Part shown: positions 27,759 through 37,453 of the stretch, one piece after another
Position numbering within the stretch: position 1 is the stretch's first letter
How the letters are laid out: each line of letters opens with the position of its first letter
Sequence record: NZ_CP067423.1
Origin: a plasmid
Reading direction: 5' to 3' (one strand)
DNA length: 64,000 bases
The notes under the pieces: model-generated
What the model was told of the DNA's origin: nothing
Database searches by the model: none
What the model saw: only the letters and a program-made list of their open reading frames with translations
Translations under genes and position numbers: made by a program

Positions 27759-28273
27759 GGTTCGTCAGAACCTGCTATAGGGCACATGATCCGCGTTGGG
27801 CCTTCAAGCCGACTTCCGGTGAGGGAGCCGCGATCAGGGGTGCGCGCTTCAATCCCAAAGGTGTGCCAGCGCTATATCTGGGGCTCACCATCATGACGGC
27901 GGTCAAAGAAGCCAATCAAGGCTTTGCGCATCGGATCGACCCCTGTGTGCTGTGCTCCTATGAGGTCGATTGCGAGGGCATCGCAGACCTGACGACCGAG
28001 CAGGGGAGGGGAGAATTTTCCGTCGCGCTCGAGGACATGGCCTGCGCTTGGGCAACGGTCCTCAGCGACGGCGAGCGCCCTGCATCCTGGTCCATCTATG
28101 ACCAACTGCGGCTTCAAGGCATTGCCGGTATTCTGGTTCCGAGTTTTGCTCCGGGTGCCGAGACAGAAGATCGCAACCTAGTGCTTTGGGACTGGGGTCC
28201 GGATCTTCCGCACAAGGTGACTGTATTCGACCCGAGCGGCCGGCTGCCGAAGGACCAGTTGTCCTGGCGATGA
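27755..28273 (+). CDS. RES-domain toxin (MbcT/ParT-like NAD+-targeting toxin family)
   Basis: GTG start overlapping the antitoxin stop (GTGA). RES-domain hallmarks RFVRTCYRAHDPRWAFKP...GARFNPKGVPALYLG...EANQGF...GILVPSFA...NLVLW. Confidence 0.8.
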   Translation: MRFVRTCYRAHDPRWAFKPTSGEGAAIRGARFNPKGVPALYLGLTIMTAVKEANQGFAHRIDPCVLCSYEVDCEGIADLTTEQGRGEFSVALEDMACAWATVLSDGERPASWSIYDQLRLQGIAGILVPSFAPGAETEDRNLVLWDWGPDLPHKVTVFDPSGRLPKDQLSWR

Positions 28274-28314
28274 AGCAATTGCGGAAGGACAGAGGGAGCT
28301 TTCGGACGGAGGCG

Positions 28315-29334
28315 TCAGCGCCAACCCAAGGCCGGGGCGACGTGGGTCAGGATCGCCTCGATGACATGCGCATTGTAGTCGACACCGAGCTGGTTGGGGA
28401 CGGTGAGCAGCAGCGTGTCAGCCTCGGCGATGGCCTCGTCGCCCTTCAACTGCTCGATAAGGACGTCCGGCTCGGCGGCATAGGAGCGGCCGAACACGGC
28501 GAGCTTTTCAGGCTCGATGTAACCGAAATGATCTTCGCTCTCGTTGCCGCCGAAATACGCCCGGTCGCGATCGTCCACCAACGCGAAGATGCTGCGGCTG
28601 ACGGAGACCCGCGGCTCGCGCGTGTGACCGGCCGCCTTCCACGCCTCGCGGAAGGCGCGAATCTGATCGGCCTGCTGGAGATGAAAGGGTTTTCCGCTCT
28701 CGTCGAACTTGAGTGTGGAGCTCTGCAGGTTCATTCCCAGTTTTGCTGCCCATTCCGCAGTTGCGTTGGTGGCGGCGCCCCACCAGATGCGATCACGCAA
28801 GCCCTCCGAATGTGGTTCGACACGCAGCAGGCCAGGCGGGTTCGGAAACATCGGGCGCGGGTTGGGTTGTGCAAAGCCTTTGCCGCGCAGCACGTCGAGG
28901 AACACGTCGGTGTGCTGCCGGGCCATGTCGGCATCGCTCTCGCCCTCTTGCGGAACGTGGCCGAAGTAGCGCCAGCCATCGATCACCTGCTCTGGCGAGC
29001 CGCGGCTGATGCCCAGTTGCAAACGCCCTCCGGCGATCAGGTCGGCGGCGCCGGCGTCTTCGGCCATGTAGAGCGGGTTCTCGTAGCGCATGTCGATGAC
29101 CGCCGTGCCGATCTCGATGCGGCTGGTCTTGGCGCCAATCGCCGCCAGCAGCGGGAACGGCGAGCCAAGCTGGCGGGCGAAGTGATGCACGCGGAAATAT
29201 GCCCCATCCGCGCCCAGCTCTTCGGTAGCAACGGCCAGATCGATGGACTGCAGGAGTGCATCGGATGCAGACCGTGTCTGCGACTGGGGCGAGGGCGTCC
29301 AGTGTCCGAACGACAGAAAACCGATCTTTTTCAT
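28315..29334 (-). CDS. LLM-class flavin-dependent oxidoreductase (luciferase-like monooxygenase)
   Basis: MKKIGFLSFGHW...GADGAYFRVHHF...GTAVIDMRYENPLYMAED...LGISRGSPEQ is the bacterial-luciferase fold. Confidence 0.85.
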   Translation of the reverse strand: MKKIGFLSFGHWTPSPQSQTRSASDALLQSIDLAVATEELGADGAYFRVHHFARQLGSPFPLLAAIGAKTSRIEIGTAVIDMRYENPLYMAEDAGAADLIAGGRLQLGISRGSPEQVIDGWRYFGHVPQEGESDADMARQHTDVFLDVLRGKGFAQPNPRPMFPNPPGLLRVEPHSEGLRDRIWWGAATNATAEWAAKLGMNLQSSTLKFDESGKPFHLQQADQIRAFREAWKAAGHTREPRVSVSRSIFALVDDRDRAYFGGNESEDHFGYIEPEKLAVFGRSYAAEPDVLIEQLKGDEAIAEADTLLLTVPNQLGVDYNAHVIEAILTHVAPALGWR

Positions 29335-29452
29335 GAGAATGCCACGTCAGAGTGAAAGGCGCTCGCGTTATCTAGTTATTGAACCGCTGGCGCGCCACGC
29401 CGAATTCGCCCACCAGATGTGCGAGAAGGGCAGGGGAGGGGGTTTTTTGTCC

Positions 29453-30325
29453 CTACAGCCCGCTTGCCTTGGTGAGATTGACTCGAAACCGATCGCGGCG
29501 CCGCTGATATCTACGGGTCATCTCGGCGGAGGCGTGGCCGAGCTGCTTTTGCACGTAGCGCTCGTCGACCTCGGCCGACGAGGCAAGCCCGGCGCGCAGC
29601 GAATGCCCCGCGAACTTTTGTTCTCGTTCGCCCTCGGAAAGATCGCCGCGTACGCCGGCCGCCAGCGCTGCCCGCTTGACCAGGCGTGCCACCTCCTGGT
29701 CGTTGAGCCGCTCGCTGCCCACCTTTTTGCCTTGCCCCGTCACCCTTCGGAACAGCGGCCCGTGGGCAATGCGCGCGAGCTTGAGCCAGGTCTCCAGCGC
29801 CACGACCGGGCAGGTCGTGTCGGACGAGCCCCGGCCGATCTCGACCTCCCGCCAGCCGGTCTTGCCGCGCAACGTGACGAGCAGGCCTTTTTCGAAGACC
29901 TCGATCCAGCCGCGGCCGTCCTCGGTTTGGTCGCGGCCGACGTCCAGGCCGACGATTTCGGAACGACGCAGCCCGCCGGCAAAGCCGAGAAGCAGCATGG
30001 CACGGTCGCGCAAGCCGCGCAGGGTACCCCGATCGAGGGTTTCCAGCATGGCCATGAGATTCTCGGGCAGGATGGCTTCCTTCTGTACTGGCGGTTTTGC
30101 GTGGCTGTTGCGAATGCCGGCCATGACGGTGGCGATGTGCCGGTCTTTCCTGTCCAGCGGCTGGCCACGCTGTGCATAGTTCCACGTCAGCGAGGAGAGG
30201 CGCCGCTCGATCGTGGATACGGAGTTCGGCTTCTTGTCGCCGGTCGCCTTTCCTGAGGCGCAGGCGGTGATGTAGAGGCCGACCAACTGCGGATCGGGCG
30301 GGAACACGTCCAGACCTTGGCGGCG
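29453..30325 (-). pseudogene. tyrosine integrase, C-terminal 291 codons (catalytic domain), separated from its N-terminal part by IS21 copy 2
   Basis: Catalytic-domain motifs (RDRAMLLLGFAGGLRRSEIVGL ... HSLRAGLASSAEVDERYVQKQLGHASAEMTRRY). The ORF-track ORF 29453..30403 extends into the IS21 terminal repeat. Confidence 0.8.
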
Positions 30326-30475
30326 TGCGTATTCCGGCGAAAGCGCCCTGGCGTTTCGGTTCAAACCGCCCACCGTTTCGGTGATTTCGCCCACCCGCCC
30401 CATGGGACGGGTGGGTGGGCGGCATCGTGATCCATCGTTTTCATCTTATGCTGGTATCGTCGCTCGTGCCAGGGG

Positions 30476-31237
30476 TCACGATGGCGTTGCAGATCTGGCT
30501 GTTTTCTGGTCTGCCGCCCGTACCCGGCGCATGGACTCGCCCGTGAGCTCGATGCGCAATGCCCGGTGAACGACGCGGTCGAGGATCGCGTCGGCGTAAG
30601 TGGCATCGCCGATCGACCGGTGCCAGTTCGCCACGGGGATCTGGGTTGCCAGCACCGTGGCGGCACGGTCATGCCGGTCGTCGATCACTTCCATCAGGTC
30701 GAGCCGCTGAGCCGCAGTGAGCTCGGTCATGGCCCAGTCGTCGATGATCAGCACCTCCAGGCGGGCCAGGCGGCGCAGGACGCGGGCGAGCGAGCCGTCG
30801 AGCCGGGCGGTCGCCAGATCGTCGAGCAGGCGCGTCAGCCGGGTGTAGAAGACGCCGTAGCCTTCCCGGGCCGCCTGGTTGCCCAGCGCACAGGCCAGGA
30901 ACGTCTTGCCGATGCCGGTCGGGCCGGTCACCAGCAGCGGCTGGTGCTCGCGAACCCAGCGACAACTCGCCAGATCGCGGATCAGCGTGCGATCGAGGCC
31001 GCGCGGCGTGCGCCAGTCGAGATCCTCCAGGCAGGCGGTCTGGCGCAGCCGGGCCCGCTTCAGCCGGCTGGCCAGGGCGGTGTTGGCGCGCTCCGCCGTC
31101 TCGCGCTCGACCAGCAGGGCAAGCTGGTCGTCGAAGCTGAGCTGGTTGCGCTCGGGCTGGCGCTCGAGGTCTTCCAGGCCGCGCGCCATGCCGTACAGCC
31201 GCAGCCGGCGCAGAGCCTCGTGGGTCGGATGCTTCAT
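30476..31237 (-). CDS. istB: IS21 family helper ATPase IstB
   Basis: Walker A GPTGIGKT and Walker B VLIIDDWA. Confidence 0.9.
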   Translation of the reverse strand: MKHPTHEALRRLRLYGMARGLEDLERQPERNQLSFDDQLALLVERETAERANTALASRLKRARLRQTACLEDLDWRTPRGLDRTLIRDLASCRWVREHQPLLVTGPTGIGKTFLACALGNQAAREGYGVFYTRLTRLLDDLATARLDGSLARVLRRLARLEVLIIDDWAMTELTAAQRLDLMEVIDDRHDRAATVLATQIPVANWHRSIGDATYADAILDRVVHRALRIELTGESMRRVRAADQKTARSATPS

Positions 31238-31255
31238 GCTCTCGGGTCTCCTTGT

Positions 31256-32791
31256 TCAGTTCCGGTAGTAAGAGGGGCCGCGCAGGTTGGCGTGCTCGCC
31301 CAAGCCGTCGGATGAGGCTGGCGGCGGACCGCCGCTGGTGAGCCAGCGCTGGACGTAGCGCCAGGATCGGACATTGGCTTCCAGGGCGGCCTGACAGGCT
31401 TGTTCCAGCCGGTCGGCGCCGTGGGCGCCGCCGAGCCGGAGCAGGCCGAGACCGGCACGCACCGCCTGCTCGCGATGTTCCGCCGCCGCCAGGATGCGCT
31501 CGAACAGCAGGGTCGCCGCCGAGCCGACCGCGGCGAACTCGGCCTGAAGGTGTTCCGGCGTGTAGCGGGCCACCGCGCGGTGGGAGGCCGGCTGGTGAGC
31601 TTCCAGCGTCGTCCGGCTGCCGGCCGAAGCCCGGGGATGGCAGGCGACGCGCCGCCCGCGCAGGAAGATGCTGATCAGGGCGGCGGTCGCGTGGACATCG
31701 ACCGTCTTGCCGATCGCGGTGTAGGGCACCGAGTAGGCGGCGCCGTCGATCACGACATGGTAATCGGGCGCCAGCTTGTAGCGGCTCCAGGTTCCCGGAA
31801 CGAAGCGGTCCGCCGGCAGCGGCCGCAGATGGGCACGCTCCCGCTCGGCCAGGATCCGCGCCCGGCAGCTGTCCTTGTCGCCGCTCAGCGGTGCTGCGTT
31901 CAGCATGGCCAGGTGCTCCCGGATCGCGGCGTTGGCGGCGTCGAGGCTGACGAAGACGGTGTCGCGGATCGGCGCCAGCACGCGCCGTTCGACCTGCAGC
32001 ACCGCATTCTCGACCGCTGCCTTGTCCCTCGGCTGACGCACCCGCGTCGGGACGACGGCGATCCGGTAGTGCTGGGCAAGGTCGTGGTAGCCGGGGTTGA
32101 GGGTGGGATCGTAGAACGAGGCGTGGCTGACGCCGACCTTGAGGTTGTCGGGCACCAGGCGGGCCGGAGCACCGCCCAGGTGCTCCAGCAGCCGGACGTG
32201 GGAGGCCAGCCAGTCCTCCGACCGCTGCGTCCAGGTCGCTTCGGCGTAGATGTAGCCGGAGTACGGCAGGCAGGCGACGAAGATCTGCGCCGGGCGGGCA
32301 TCGGCGCCGACCCCGATCATCAGGGTCATGCCGGCGTAATCGACTTCCAGCGCGTCGCCCGGCAGATGGTCGCGCCGCATCCGGGGAACTGCCCGGGCGG
32401 CCTGCCAGTCCCGGAAGCGCTGGACGAACTGGGTGTAGCGGTAGCCGTCGGGATGGCAAACCAGATACTCCTGCCAGAGCAGTTGGAGCGTCACGCCCCG
32501 CCGGCCCAGGTCCCGCTCCACCGCTGCCCAGTCCGGCAGGGGACGTGGCTGCGCCGGCGGTGGCGGGAACAGACGCCGCTCCAGCTCCTCGTCGCTCCAC
32601 TCCTTCACGTCGCCAAAGCGCAGGTCCGCGCTCTCGAGGCGGCGCAGGTAATCGCGCACCGTCGTGCGCGGCATCCGGCATGCCGCCGCGATCCGGCGCA
32701 CGCTCGCCCCGAACTCATCGCGCAGCCGCAAGACTTCCCTGATGCGTCGCATGTCCGATCTCCCTCGCGGCATCCCACCCTCCCTGCCCAT
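31256..32791 (-). CDS. istA: IS21 family transposase IstA
   Basis: HTH N-terminus (SVRRIAAACRMPRTTVRDYL) and DDE core. It lies 18 nt upstream of istB. The start may be the Met at ~32752. Confidence 0.9.
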   Translation of the reverse strand: MGREGGMPRGRSDMRRIREVLRLRDEFGASVRRIAAACRMPRTTVRDYLRRLESADLRFGDVKEWSDEELERRLFPPPPAQPRPLPDWAAVERDLGRRGVTLQLLWQEYLVCHPDGYRYTQFVQRFRDWQAARAVPRMRRDHLPGDALEVDYAGMTLMIGVGADARPAQIFVACLPYSGYIYAEATWTQRSEDWLASHVRLLEHLGGAPARLVPDNLKVGVSHASFYDPTLNPGYHDLAQHYRIAVVPTRVRQPRDKAAVENAVLQVERRVLAPIRDTVFVSLDAANAAIREHLAMLNAAPLSGDKDSCRARILAERERAHLRPLPADRFVPGTWSRYKLAPDYHVVIDGAAYSVPYTAIGKTVDVHATAALISIFLRGRRVACHPRASAGSRTTLEAHQPASHRAVARYTPEHLQAEFAAVGSAATLLFERILAAAEHREQAVRAGLGLLRLGGAHGADRLEQACQAALEANVRSWRYVQRWLTSGGPPPASSDGLGEHANLRGPSYYRN

Positions 32792-32950
32792 TGTCGCAAG
32801 GACCCCAGTGTAGATGCCGATACAGGATCAGACGCCGCCCATCTCTACTCCCACGTGTGGGCGAAATCGCCGAAACGGCAGGGCGGTTTGAACCGAAACA
32901 GGGGGGCGCTTTCCCCCGAAATCAGAGGGCGGATTCAGCCGAAATATGCA

Positions 32951-33370
32951 GCGGCGCGCCCAGGCGCAAAAATGCTTCCAGTCCGCAGCGTAGGCGCGGC
33001 GGGTGTTGGCCGAGCTCGCCGCCTCGACATAATCGCGCGCGCGATCGGCCAACGCGTCGAGATGCGCCGGCAGGCGCGGATTGGCGACGGCCGGAAGAGG
33101 GGAGGGGGCTTCGGCTGACAGTTCTTCCGGGGCGCGACCCATCTCCATGACGACATCGATGATGTCGGGCAAATCGTCCGCAGCTTTCGCCTCCAGCCCG
33201 GCCGACGACCGCAGACCTAAAGCATCGTCCTGCGCCCCCGTGCTGTGGGGCGGTGCGGAGGGTCGCGCGAGGCGATTTTCGGGCTTCTGCTCGACGATTC
33301 GGGCTGTCGCTCGCGTTTGGTCAACGGACGGCAAGTTACTGATCTGGCGCGAATCATCTTCGGAGTTCAT
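32951..33370 (-). pseudogene. tyrosine integrase, N-terminal 140 codons (Pro/Ala-rich extension plus SAM-like arm-binding domain); likely true start at an internal Met (~33148)
   Basis: ...LPAHLDALADRARDYVEAASSANTRRAYAADWKHFCAWARR is the N-terminal domain of phage-type integrases. Excising IS21 copy 2 and one GCGGCG copy joins it in frame to 29453-30325, giving ...KHFCAWARRQGLDVFPPDPQLVGLYI... Confidence 0.7.
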
Positions 33371-35094
33371 TGGCGGATTCTAGCCGAATCAGCGGATTTT
33401 TCGTAACATTCGAGCGGACGAACTTTACAGCGAGGGTGGCTGTGGTTCATGGGCCCGACAAGGAGACGGTTGATGATGCCGCCTGGAATGAGGCGGTTGC
33501 AAGGGAGGCCGTGATCCGCAGACTGGTCTCGCTCGACTGCCCCGGCCGGTCCGATTTCTTCCGGGCTTGCCGTGAACTCGGCCTCAAGCGAACCCGGCTT
33601 TACGAACTGATCAGGGCTTATCGGGAGCATCCGGTCACGAGTTCGCTGCTGCCGCGCCCGGGCGGCACGAGACAGGGCAGCCGCCGGTTGCCGGATGAGA
33701 CCGAAGCGGTAATCGCCGAAGCGCTCCGGGACTTTTACAAGACACGCCAGAAGCCGAGCATCAATCGACTGCACAAGGAGATCCGCGGGCTCTGCCGCTC
33801 GCGTGGCGTGCGCGTACCGTCCTGGCATGCGCTGAAGGCGCGGATCGAGGTCATAGACCCCGCCGAACTGACCAAGGCACGGGAAGGCTCGAAGGCAGCG
33901 CGTGATCGCTTCCACCCAGTTCCGGGAGAATATGCCGCCGAGTGCGCGTTCAACGTAGTCCAGATCGACCACACGCTGGTCGATGTCATTGTCGTCGATC
34001 GCCGATGTCGGCGGCCCCTGCAGCGGCCGTTGCTGACGCTCGCCATCGACATCGCAAGCCGCATGGTCGCGGGCTTCTACCTGACGCTCGAGGCGCCGTC
34101 GACGGTTTCGGTCGCACTCGTAATCCAGCATGTCGTGCAGCCGAAAGAGGTGTGGCTTGCCGGACTGGGCATCGATGCGAAGTGGCCGGCCTGCGGGTTC
34201 CCTGATGCCATCCACCTCGATAACGCCAAGGAATTCCGGTCGCGCGCCCTGCAGCGGGGCGCTGAGGAATATGGCATCGAGCTCATCCATCGTCCGATCG
34301 CCACTCCCCACTATGGCGGCCATATCGAGCGGCTGATCGGCACCATGATGGGCGCCGTCCATCTTCTGCCGGGCACGACGTTCAGCGACATCGACGAGCG
34401 TGGCAGCTATGATTCCGCCGCCCATGCGACGATGACTCTGGATGAACTGGAGCGGTGGATGGCGCTCGAAATCACGCGCTACCACGCCGATCGCCATGGA
34501 ACGCTGGGGATTCCGCCGCTTGCGGCATGGCACGAGGCTGCGGCCCGCCGCGTTCGGCCTGTGCGTCAGCCCCACGATCTCGCCGGCTTCACGATCGATT
34601 TCCTGCCCAGCGCCGACCGGCTGGTGCGGCGTGACGGCATTCACCTGTTCGGTCTCCGCTACTGGGATGACGTGCTGAGCATATGGGCCGGTCGGCTCGA
34701 TCGTGCGTTGCGCGTTTCCTACGATCCACGCGATCTTTCGAGGGTTTTCGTGCGCGCTCCGGATGGTACGCGCTGGCCGATCCGCTTTGCCGATCTGCGG
34801 CGCGCGCCGATCACACTTGGCGAACATCGCCGCGCTCGGACCGCCCTGCGGGAACGCGGTCTTTCGCTGGTCGACGAGCAGCTGATCTTCGAGACCATTG
34901 AGTCCCAGCGCGCACTAGTCGAGGACGCGACCAGGCGCACCAAGGCAGCGCGTCAGCTGGCGGAGAGGCGCGACCGAGCGCTGGAGGCTGCCGCGTCAAA
35001 CGCGCTGGTTGCGGCCGAGCCGGCGCAAATCGAGGATGAGCGGCCGATCGACTGGAGCAAGGTCCCCGTCTTTCCCGTCGAGGAATGGTCGTGA
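33370..35094 (+). CDS. tniA: TniA / TnsB-like DDE transposase (Mu/Tn7 retroviral-integrase superfamily); true start probably the GTG at ~33436
   Basis: Collinear with Tn5053/Tn402 TniA: DDE core (VVQIDHTLVDVIVVD ... LTLAIDIASRMVAGFYLTLEAPS ... IHLDNAKEFRS ... PHYGGHIERLIG) and C-terminal ...FPVEEW like the TniA ...FDQIEEW. The predicted 5' 60 nt overlap candidate terminal repeats. Confidence 0.85.
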   Translation: MADSSRISGFFVTFERTNFTARVAVVHGPDKETVDDAAWNEAVAREAVIRRLVSLDCPGRSDFFRACRELGLKRTRLYELIRAYREHPVTSSLLPRPGGTRQGSRRLPDETEAVIAEALRDFYKTRQKPSINRLHKEIRGLCRSRGVRVPSWHALKARIEVIDPAELTKAREGSKAARDRFHPVPGEYAAECAFNVVQIDHTLVDVIVVDRRCRRPLQRPLLTLAIDIASRMVAGFYLTLEAPSTVSVALVIQHVVQPKEVWLAGLGIDAKWPACGFPDAIHLDNAKEFRSRALQRGAEEYGIELIHRPIATPHYGGHIERLIGTMMGAVHLLPGTTFSDIDERGSYDSAAHATMTLDELERWMALEITRYHADRHGTLGIPPLAAWHEAAARRVRPVRQPHDLAGFTIDFLPSADRLVRRDGIHLFGLRYWDDVLSIWAGRLDRALRVSYDPRDLSRVFVRAPDGTRWPIRFADLRRAPITLGEHRRARTALRERGLSLVDEQLIFETIESQRALVEDATRRTKAARQLAERRDRALEAAASNALVAAEPAQIEDERPIDWSKVPVFPVEEWS

Positions 35095-36014
35095 GAGGGG
35101 AGGGGACTTTCGAGCACCTCGACGACCGCTACCGCCGCTATGCCGCTTTGCCCGACGAAGAGCGCATTGCCTGGATCAAGGCCGACCGCTGGATCGGCTT
35201 CGACCAGGCGCAAGCCGCACTTGTCCGCCTGAACGCGTTGCTTGCCTATCCCCCACGTGACCGTATGCCCTGCCTGCTGATCTATGGCGACACCGGCATG
35301 GGCAAGACCAAGATCGTCCGCAAATTCGAGCGGGCGCATCCGCCCACATTGTGTCAGTCGACGGGCGTGACCAACAGGCCGGTCGTCGTGGCCCAAGTAC
35401 CCTCGGAGCCGGTCGAGCGCGACCTCTATCGGGAACTGCTGGCCAGCCTGCAGGCTCCAGCGCTCGTCGGCGGCGCGCTTGCCCGGGAGAAAGACATCTG
35501 CCGCTCGCTGCTGCGCACCGTCGGCGCCAGAATGATCGTGCTCGACGAGGTCAACGGCATGCTGGCGGGGACCTATCGGCAGCAACGGATTTTCCTGAAT
35601 GCGCTGCGGTTTCTCGCAAACGACCTCAGAGTGCCGCTTGTCTGCGCCGGTACCGACCTGGCGCGCCAGGCCTTGCTCACCGACGCGCAGCTTGCCGAGC
35701 GCTTCGAGGCGTTTCATCTCAAGCTCTGGAAGAACGATCACGCCTTTGCGCGGCTCTTGAAAAGCCTCGCTGGCATCCTGCCGCTGCGCGCTCCGTCCGA
35801 TCTCGAAACGGACGCGGTTCGTGAAAGGATCCACACGCTCACCAGCGGCGTCACGTTCAGGATTTTCCAGCTGATCGAGACGGCAGCCGAGGAGGCGATC
35901 CGGTCGGGGAAGGAACGGCTCGACCTGATGAGCTTCGGCGATGATCTTGTCCTTCCGCTTGTGTCGATGACGCAATCGGCACGCCGGCGGATGCCGCAGC
36001 CGGCGGCCGGGTGA
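35085..36014 (+). CDS. tniB: TniB / TnsC-like AAA+ ATPase
   Basis: Walker A GDTGMGKT, Walker B MIVLDEVN. Collinear with Tn5053 TniB. It overlaps the tniA stop. Confidence 0.85.
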   Translation: MVVRGEGTFEHLDDRYRRYAALPDEERIAWIKADRWIGFDQAQAALVRLNALLAYPPRDRMPCLLIYGDTGMGKTKIVRKFERAHPPTLCQSTGVTNRPVVVAQVPSEPVERDLYRELLASLQAPALVGGALAREKDICRSLLRTVGARMIVLDEVNGMLAGTYRQQRIFLNALRFLANDLRVPLVCAGTDLARQALLTDAQLAERFEAFHLKLWKNDHAFARLLKSLAGILPLRAPSDLETDAVRERIHTLTSGVTFRIFQLIETAAEEAIRSGKERLDLMSFGDDLVLPLVSMTQSARRRMPQPAAG

Positions 36015-37185
36015 TGGAGCCGGATCGTCTGCCCGTGGCGCCGCGGCCCTTTCGCGACGAATTGCTGTCCTCCTGGATGGCGCGGGTGGCATGCCGCTAC
36101 GGCCTTACGGCGCAGCAACTAGCCGGCTATTTCAGTGGCCTGTCGTCACCCCTGCCGATAGACGACGGGGCTCCGGCGGCCGGGCAGACGAGGGTTTGGG
36201 CACAGATCTGCAGTGTCGACCCCGATCGGTTGCATCGCCTGTCCCTGAGCTGGCGCTACCCGCGACGCGCTCGAGCCTGGTACGTAAGCAGGGGACCGGA
36301 ATGGACGCCGTCGGCGATGTCCGGGTCTATCCCAGTCTGTCTCGCTTGCTTCGCTGCCGATCGCGCTGCGGGCCACGACGCGCATCTTCGAGCCGGCTGG
36401 ATGCTCGCCGAACGCTGTATCTGCCCAACTCATGGCGAGTTGCTGCACGATCACTGCGTATCGTGCCACTGGCGTCTTTCCGTGGCTTTCCACCTGCACG
36501 ACGGAAGCGCGCGGCCTGTCTGCAGCCATTGCGCGCGGCTTCTCACCGATAGGGGAGGGAGGGCGGTCAGCCACAGGATCCCGCCCTCCTGGCGACGGCG
36601 CTGGCCACCCAGCAGCGGATCACGGCAAGCGTCAACGGTGAAAATCCCGAGGGCGACAGGCTCGAGAAGGCGCTCTCAGTGCTCTGGGCGCCGCTCGACC
36701 ATCCGGCAGCAGCGCGGCCGGTGCTGGCGCTGTGGTTCAACGAAGCCGGCTGGCGCTGTCCCTATGAAGCCAGGCATGCCGTCGGCGCCAAAACTCCGCT
36801 CGGCCAGTTGCCGGTGCGCTGGCGCTTCCTGACGCTGCTGGCTCTGGACGACGTTTTCGGTACCGATCCGCGCGTGGACGGTGCAATGCCGCCTGTCGCC
36901 GCTCATCTCGCCCGGCGGGCCGCGCCACGACCGATCCGCCTCTCAAGGCCAAGCCGACGGCCGCACGTCCAGCTGCTGAAGCGCTCGGCGGCCGAGTACG
37001 AGCGCCTGGCACGTCAAATTCTGGCTGATCCGAACTGGACCGCAGCGGAAGAGCTGCCCCCGCGAAAGCGAGAGCGTGTCCGGGCTCGGCTGATCGATGC
37101 TGCGCTTGCCGGGAATCCGGCGTCACCCGGGGCATGGTTGTCGCCCAAACTATCGAGCGACGAGCAGGCGATTCAGAAATGCTGA
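36011..37185 (+). pseudogene. tniQ: TniQ-family target-selection protein, frameshifted (about 391 codons over two frames; shift near 36560-36600)
   Basis: N-terminal TniQ domain PRPFRDELLSSWMARVACRYGLTAQQLAGYF and a zinc-finger-like cluster CLACF...CPTHGELLHDHCVSCHW...CSHC. Frame 1 then degenerates into Arg-rich nonsense while the -1 frame continues with plausible sequence (LWAPLDHPAAARPVLALWFNEAGWRCPY...) to 37185. Confidence 0.65.
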
Positions 37186-37453
37186 GACTGCGTGCTGCGG
37201 GGCGTAGTCTCACGAATTTCGATTCATCCGGCCGTACAAGGATGCACGAGATTTCGTCCGCAAGCCCGATTGACGTCGATATCGGCATTCTGCTCGACGA
37301 GAGAGGCTGCCCGCTGCCGCTGTCCGGGGATTAAGCGCAAACCCGGTCCGCTCAATGAACGCGAATTCTCGTCGATCTGACGCCTAAAGGAGACTGTCCG
37401 CCGGTGAAAAGCGAGCCACAAGGCCATTTTTTAAGGGGTCTCACAAAACGAGC

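Larger units (their letters stand above)
30326..32950 (-). mobile_element. IS21-family insertion sequence, copy 2 (2625 bp), flanked by a 6-bp target-site duplication GCGGCG (30320-30325 and 32951-32956)
   Basis: Termini TGCGTATTCCGGCGAAAGCGCCC and (reverse complement) TGCATATTTCGGCTGAATCCGCCC match at 11 of 13 of the first positions, begin TG and end CA. Internal 40-bp inverted repeats GTTTCGGTTCAAACCGCCC...GATTTCGCCCA at 30353-30393 and 32859-32899, with multiple TTTCGG sub-repeats. Contains istA and istB. Confidence 0.85.

Noticed and set aside
28186-29355. 389-aa + strand ORF
   Set aside because: Antisense to the LLM-class oxidoreductase. No motifs.
29453-30403. N-terminal 26 residues of the 316-aa integrase ORF (MGRVGEITETVGGLNRNA...)
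   Set aside because: These residues are translated from the IS21 copy 2 terminal repeat. The native integrase sequence resumes only at 30325.
30669-32681. 670-aa ORF inside IS21 copy 2
   Set aside because: Alternate frame across istA/istB. It is Arg/Pro/Gly-rich nonsense with no domain, and the istA and istB frames are strongly supported.
33370-37185. Possibility of a CRISPR-associated transposon (a tniQ-containing Tn7-like element with cas genes or an array)
   Set aside because: No cas gene, no direct-repeat/spacer array and no tracr-like region anywhere in the window. The module looks like a plain Tn5053-type tniABQ.
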